DNA from: Candidatus Hydrogenedentota bacterium
GTDB lineage: Bacteria; Hydrogenedentota; Hydrogenedentia; Hydrogenedentales; SLHB01
Reading direction: 5' to 3'
Assembly (NCBI GenBank): GCA_963674865.2
Contig: CAXXYE010000009.1
Span: forward strand, 1,963,697 to 2,027,696
DNA: 64,000 bases
Notes under the pieces: generated by a model
The model's database searches: none
Told to the model about the DNA's origin: nothing
The model's input: the letters and a program-made list of their open reading frames with translations, nothing else
Translations under genes and position numbers: made by a program
In this document: positions 59,092 to 64,000 of the stretch, in pieces
Layout: each line of letters begins with the position of its first letter
How positions within the stretch are numbered: the first letter of the stretch is position 1

Positions 59092-60090
59092 ATGAAACGA
59101 ATTGTGGTGACCGGCGGGGCCGGCTTCATCGGGTCGAACTTCGTCCGGTATCAACTCGAGACGTACCGCGACGTCCATATCGTCAATTTCGACAAACTTA
59201 CCTACGCGGGCAATCTCGACAATCTACGAGACTTGGACGAGCAACGCCACACGTTTGTCCAAGGAGATATTACGGACGCCACAGCCTTGCGCGAGGCCAT
59301 GGAAGGCTGCGACGGCGTTGTCAACTTCGCCGCTGAGACGCACGTCGATCGCAGTATCCACAGCGCTTCTGAGTTTCTCGATACCGACGTGCGCGGCGTG
59401 TACAACATTGTTGAGGCGGCCAAAGACTTGGGCACGCAACGCGTGCTGCTTGTGTCCACGGACGAAGTGTATGGCAGCATCGCTGAAGGTTCCTTCCAGG
59501 AATCCGCCCCGATGCGGCCGAGGAATCCATACTCGGCCAGCAAGGCGGGGGGCGAACTCCTGGGCATGGCCTATTTCCACACGTTCGACGTGCCGGTAGT
59601 TGTGACGCGTGGCTCGAACACATACGGCCCCTACCAGTATCCGGAGAAGGTGCTCCCGCTTTTCGTCACCAACGCCCTAGACGACCAGCCCTTGCCGCTC
59701 TACGGCGACGGCCGGAACGTGCGCGACTGGCTATACGTCAGGGACCACTGTAGCGGTATTGACTGTGCCCTCCGTTGCGGTTCTCCGGGCGAGCTGTACA
59801 ATATAGGGGGCGGCAATGAGCGGGAGAACATTGCCTTAACCCGCCGTATTCTGGAACTCACCGGCAAGGGTGAAGACCTCGTCCAGCATGTTACGGACCG
59901 GCCGGGCCATGATCGGCGGTACTCGATTGACGCGAGCAAGCTCAAGGCGTTGGGCTGGTCGCCGGCCATGGACTGGGATGAGGGGATGGCCCAAACCGTT
60001 CGGTGGTACAGAGATAACGAATGGTGGTGGCGAAAAATCAAGTCCGGCGAGTACCGGGACTACTACCGCAAGCAGTACGATGGGCGGTAA
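59092..60090 (+). CDS. rfbB: dTDP-glucose 4,6-dehydratase
   Basis: TGGAGFIGSNF, DKLTYAGN, AAETHVDRSI, STDEVYG, YSASK, YQYPEK, DRPGHDRRY. Confidence 0.95.
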   Translation: MKRIVVTGGAGFIGSNFVRYQLETYRDVHIVNFDKLTYAGNLDNLRDLDEQRHTFVQGDITDATALREAMEGCDGVVNFAAETHVDRSIHSASEFLDTDVRGVYNIVEAAKDLGTQRVLLVSTDEVYGSIAEGSFQESAPMRPRNPYSASKAGGELLGMAYFHTFDVPVVVTRGSNTYGPYQYPEKVLPLFVTNALDDQPLPLYGDGRNVRDWLYVRDHCSGIDCALRCGSPGELYNIGGGNERENIALTRRILELTGKGEDLVQHVTDRPGHDRRYSIDASKLKALGWSPAMDWDEGMAQTVRWYRDNEWWWRKIKSGEYRDYYRKQYDGR

Positions 60091-60111
60091 CCGCGTGAAG
60101 TTTGGATTTGT

Positions 60112-60140
60112 TTGACAGAACTGAGCAAAACTGTCAGAAT
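60112..60140 (+). promoter_or_regulatory. Sigma70-like promoter with an overlapping palindrome
   Basis: TTGACA-N17-CAGAAT, overlapped by TGACAG-N12-CTGTCA. Confidence 0.5.
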
Positions 60141-60287
60141 TACCCGGCGTGTGACATGCGCTGGCAATGGCGGTAATATTAGGAGCGGCACAGGTTGTCC
60201 TGAGGGTGGCTGCCGCTAAAGATGTACCTGACTTGAATGATGTGAAACCGGTGTGAGCCGGCATGAAGGGGTTCGGAAGGAACACAG

Positions 60288-61445
60288 ATGAAGAACAAGA
60301 CTGTCCTCATTACCGGCGCAACGGGGATCATGGGCTGCTGGGTGCTCGGCGAGGCCCTTGACCGCGGCTATGACCCGATTGTGCTTATGAGGGACACGGA
60401 CCTCGATCATGCTCGGGAGCGTTTGGCGGCCGTGCTTGGCCTGGTGCAGCGCTCTCAATGCGTCGACCGCGTGAAGATCGTCAGAGGGGATACCCGCGAG
60501 CCGGACCTTGGCCTGACCTCGGATACGGTGACGAATCTGCGTACATCCCTGGGCGGTATGATTCACTGCGCGGCATGCACGACTTTCGACCCGCGCCGCG
60601 ATGGGGAGCTTTGGAACACAAACGTGGGGGGCGTGGCCAACGTTCTCCGTTTTCTCCAAGGCACCGGGATCCCGCTTTATCACGTCAGCACCGCCTATGT
60701 GGCTGGGAAACGCACCGGCCGGGCTCTTGAGACGGAACTCAACATCAATCAAGAGTTCAACAACACGTACGAGCGCAGCAAATGCGAGTCGGAGCAACTC
60801 GTTCACCTTGCCATCGACAAGGGCAGCGTACAGGCCGCGATTTTCCGGCCTGGTATCCTTGTGGGGGCGGGGGACGGCGGCCGCATTAGTCAGTTCCTCA
60901 ACTTCTACCAGTTCCTGCGCTTCATCGACTATGCGGGCAACACCAAGCTCAAGTGCAACGGACGACTGCGCGTCAAGGCCAATCCGGTTAGCACAAAGAA
61001 CCTGGTTCCCGTCGACTGGTCGGCCAAGGCGCTGTGGCATATCATCGAGGCGGAAGGCCCGAGCAGCAAGACGTACCACCTGACGAATCCCAAGCCCCTG
61101 ACGCACGGTAGTCTTAAGAACTGGGTTTGCCAGCAACTGGGCGTCCATGAGATCGTTTTCGTGGAGCGGCTCAGCGGAAGCCTTACTCCCCTGGAAGCCG
61201 CCGCCAATGCGTCGTTGCGGCTTTACCAGGGCTATATGCAGTCGGAGCCTTGCTTCGACCGGAGCAATACCGACCAGGCGCTTGGCGGCGCGTTCCCCTT
61301 CCCGAAGGTCGACGCCGAGCTATGCGTCAAGCTGCTTCAATTCGCACGGGAGCGGCAATGGAAGGGCATCTTCGGATGCAATACCAAGGCTGCGCGCGTG
61401 AAGGCCGCTCAGCAGAGCGATACCAGGCAGATCGCCACAGGTTAG
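60288..61445 (+). CDS. Extended SDR, male-sterility/thioester-reductase-like
   Basis: ITGATG..G, HCAA, NV.G, HVSTAYVAG, YERSK, RPGILVG, NLVPVD. Confidence 0.85.
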   Translation: MKNKTVLITGATGIMGCWVLGEALDRGYDPIVLMRDTDLDHARERLAAVLGLVQRSQCVDRVKIVRGDTREPDLGLTSDTVTNLRTSLGGMIHCAACTTFDPRRDGELWNTNVGGVANVLRFLQGTGIPLYHVSTAYVAGKRTGRALETELNINQEFNNTYERSKCESEQLVHLAIDKGSVQAAIFRPGILVGAGDGGRISQFLNFYQFLRFIDYAGNTKLKCNGRLRVKANPVSTKNLVPVDWSAKALWHIIEAEGPSSKTYHLTNPKPLTHGSLKNWVCQQLGVHEIVFVERLSGSLTPLEAAANASLRLYQGYMQSEPCFDRSNTDQALGGAFPFPKVDAELCVKLLQFARERQWKGIFGCNTKAARVKAAQQSDTRQIATG

Positions 61446-61730
61446 GGGCGCTGTCGACCATTCGTATCCGCACTTCTCTGTGATCCGTCTCACAGCCGTC
61501 TGCTCGTCCCTCGCAAGTTACTTCCCTGTATAGAGATACGGTCTCACGTAGCCATTCTTTATCCTGAGCCGTTTCACATGCGGCTCATCCAGTATTCCGC
61601 TCCCCCGGGGTTTTTTGTTGACTTTGCCCGACAAAACGTGTAGACAATAGCACCAAGGCATGCAAAAGGGAGTTTGCCCCCCGGGCATGCCGCGGAACTT
61701 ATGGGGAGCGTATTTAGCGGGAGGAGGATT

Positions 61731-63323
61731 ATGCGAACATTAGTCTGTTGTGCACTTATTTTAGCCATTGCAGGGGCGGCGTATGCCGAACTGCAAAACG
61801 TCGAGGTAGGCGGGATCATTGAGATCCGCGGCCGGTACCACCGGAATACCTGGACTAACGGGGGGCCCACGCCCATCATCCGGGTGCCCGGGGCCGTCCT
61901 GACAGGCCGCTCCATCGGCGTGGGATATGGCGATGGGCAGAATGTCCGGAGCATCGTTGACTGGGATCGGAAGGGCCACGAATGGGTTTTCGCGGAAAGC
62001 GCGGTTTCCCTCAATGCCAAGGCCGACTTCACGGACAACGTCAGTGCGATGATCGAGTTCTATTCGTACGACGTGTGGGGCGAGGATTTCCGGTCGAACT
62101 ACATCACCGGCGCGGACGCCCGCGCGGCGACTAACGACGACGTGGAAGTTCTTCAGGCCTATATCGACGTGAAGGACATGTTTGACCTGCCCTTGCGGGT
62201 CCGCATCGGCCGCCAGGTCATGCAGTACGGCAGGGACCTGAACTGCTTCCTTGTCGCGGGCAAGACGACGCCGACGCAACGGTACGCCTTCGACGGCATC
62301 CGGCTGACCTATTATCCGACGGATGACCTCGAGATCAACGCGTGGTGGACGAAGCTTGCCGAGAACAGCCCGGTCGAAGAAGACGGCGACGTCGACTTCT
62401 ACGGCATTCACGGCGCCTACACGGGATTCGAGTACGTCAACATTTGGGCGTACTGGATGTTCGTCCGTGATGCGCGCGCCATCGCTAACCAGGGCAACAC
62501 CGGCTATATCGGCCAGTGGTTCGACCATCTGTTTGGCGTGGATGACTATGATCCGACGAACCTGCACACCGTCGGCCTGCGGCTGTTCGGCAAATGGGAC
62601 GCGTTGGATTACAACCTCGATCTGGCCTACCAGTTTGGTGAAGCCGATGCGCACGGCGCTCTGTTCGTGCCGGTGGGCGGCGTTTACGGCAACGATGACG
62701 CGGACTACGGCAACTGGGGCATGGACGGCGAGATCGGCTACACCTTCGACTGCGCTTGGAGCCCGCGGGTGTTCTTGGGCGGCGCGTGGTATGAAGGCGA
62801 AGACAACCGCGACCTGACGTTCTGGGAGTGGTTGGGCAGCCAAGTCAATCCGTTCTACGAAGGCAAGGCCAGCGTCTCCTTCAACCGGTTGTTCTCCGAC
62901 ATCAACTATTGCCCGGCGTTGCAGGACAACGCGTGGATGACGAACTTCAAGCAGATCCGCGGCGGCGTGGCGGTCAAGCCGACCGACAAGTTGTGGGTCA
63001 TGCTTCGTCTCCAGTCGGTGTGGACGGACGAGCCGTTCGACCTGCCCGTCTACTTCGACATCGGCAAATACCGCGTACCTCTGACGGCGGCGTTCCCGTG
63101 GTGGACCAAGGAAGCGGACGACCATCAGGGCTATTCCACGTGCGTCGTGGCCCGCTATGCGTACAGCCAGGACCTCACGTTCCTGCTGTATTGGGGCCAC
63201 ATGTTCACGGGTGACGGTGCGCGCGACGGCAGCTACACGTACTTCAACGGTACGTCGTTCGCTGGCGGCACCGCCGATGATGATGCCGACTACGCGTTCT
63301 TCTGGGTGATTGTGAAGTTCTAA
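61731..63323 (+). CDS. Alginate-export-family outer membrane beta-barrel protein
   Basis: Signal peptide, ELQNVEVGG, ADFTDNV, QAYI, RIGRQ, FDGIR, C-terminal F. Confidence 0.8.
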   Translation: MRTLVCCALILAIAGAAYAELQNVEVGGIIEIRGRYHRNTWTNGGPTPIIRVPGAVLTGRSIGVGYGDGQNVRSIVDWDRKGHEWVFAESAVSLNAKADFTDNVSAMIEFYSYDVWGEDFRSNYITGADARAATNDDVEVLQAYIDVKDMFDLPLRVRIGRQVMQYGRDLNCFLVAGKTTPTQRYAFDGIRLTYYPTDDLEINAWWTKLAENSPVEEDGDVDFYGIHGAYTGFEYVNIWAYWMFVRDARAIANQGNTGYIGQWFDHLFGVDDYDPTNLHTVGLRLFGKWDALDYNLDLAYQFGEADAHGALFVPVGGVYGNDDADYGNWGMDGEIGYTFDCAWSPRVFLGGAWYEGEDNRDLTFWEWLGSQVNPFYEGKASVSFNRLFSDINYCPALQDNAWMTNFKQIRGGVAVKPTDKLWVMLRLQSVWTDEPFDLPVYFDIGKYRVPLTAAFPWWTKEADDHQGYSTCVVARYAYSQDLTFLLYWGHMFTGDGARDGSYTYFNGTSFAGGTADDDADYAFFWVIVKF

Positions 63324-63370
63324 GTCACCCTTGAGGACATCCGCCTTTCCGAAGGCGGCACATAGAAGAC

Positions 63371-63412
63371 AACACGCGCCCCGGAGCTACAGGCTCCGGG
63401 GCGCGTGTTCTG
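63371..63412 (+). terminator. Intrinsic terminator hairpin between convergent genes
   Basis: AACACGCGCCCCGGAGC-TACAG-GCTCCGGGGCGCGTGTT. Confidence 0.75.
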
Positions 63413-63686
63413 TATATGAAGTTGGAGACTTCTTGCTTCGGCGAACGTCACGTGTGGGGCCCGGGCGCCTGAAGCCAACCATATCCGTCTTTCCCGCGCA
63501 CGCGGCGCCATCGTTTAGTCCGCGAGGTGCAGAAGCAATCGCGGCGCTGTCGTTTTCGGGCGGTCTTGGGAATGTGTTTGTTGGTGCCCGCTCTTCGCGG
63601 GCATGACCTCGCGGCGGCGGCGAAGCTGAGTCCCGTCTTGAGACAGCGTCAGATGTTCTGCGAAGAACGTGAGTGAGTTGCGGGCG

Positions 63687-64000
63687 TTATCGCGTGCGCT
63701 GCCCGCGCACGCTCCGAGCGCCGGCAAATAGCAGGGCTGCTACCGTCAAGACCTGGACAACGACGGTGTCCGTCGTGCCTGCGAAGCCACCCCCGGTGAG
63801 CGACCCCTGGACGCCCGGGCAGCCTGTCCATATGCCCTCGCCCTCGCCTTCTCCCTCGCCGCCTGCCAGATAGGACTTGACTTGGGGGTAGAACGAGCGG
63901 AATGAGGAGAAGTAGTCGTAGTTATTCGACGTATTGACGCAGCTGTGCGTTGGCCCACCACTCAGCGTGCCGAAAACGCGGAAGTCTCCATCGTCGAATA
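63687..64000 (-). CDS. C-terminus of a secreted trypsin-like (lysyl endopeptidase-like) protease with a GE linker and membrane anchor; partial
   Basis: Manual translation FDDGDFRVFGTLSGGPTHSCVNTSNNYDYFSSFRSFYPQVKSYLAGGEGEGEGEGIWTGC...VLTVAALLFAGARSVRGQRTR*. Not in the ORF track. Confidence 0.65.
   Translation of the reverse strand, partial: FDDGDFRVFGTLSGGPTHSCVNTSNNYDYFSSFRSFYPQVKSYLAGGEGEGEGEGIWTGCPGVQGSLTGGGFAGTTDTVVVQVLTVAALLFAGARSVRGQRTR

Noticed and set aside
58454..59336. ORFs of 105-226 aa across the truA-rfbB gap
   Set aside because: Low-complexity Arg/Pro/Ala-rich translations with no motifs; RNA structure explains the region better.
61761..63200. 479-aa antisense ORF, and similar long shadow ORFs at 47718-48842, 48839-49936, 43782-44822 and 56392-57318
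   Set aside because: Antisense shadows of well-supported genes, expected from high-GC codon bias.

Overview
Bacterial GC-rich window, probably Candidatus Hydrogenedentota. This is inferred from a GEGEGEGEG-linker protease tail, an ELQNVEVGG-type alginate-export-family porin and many secreted CAZymes. A tRNA-Val(TAC) at 32326-32402 divides it in two. The left half looks like an accessory island: carbohydrate enzymes (GH2, esterases, GH65/beta-PGM fusion, beta-helix protein), a crtM-less C30 carotenoid cluster (crtO-crtQ-crtP-TPR / aldH-crtN) next to two lipocalins and a BLUF-EAL photoreceptor, and several decayed transposase relics. The right half has an IS30, an SSS transporter, GH28, sugar redox enzymes, two URO-D-like paralogues, an unusual CDF-HflK fusion/HflC/HflK/HAD operon, truA, rfbB, an SDR and a porin. 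The most striking unannotated signal is in the truA-rfbB intergenic region: two tandem, paralogous minus-strand candidate small RNAs. Each has a sigma28-like promoter, GGA (CsrA-type) motifs, a covarying hairpin with the loop CCAAUCCCA, a C-rich box and an intrinsic terminator. All family calls come from motif recognition by eye; no database search was run.
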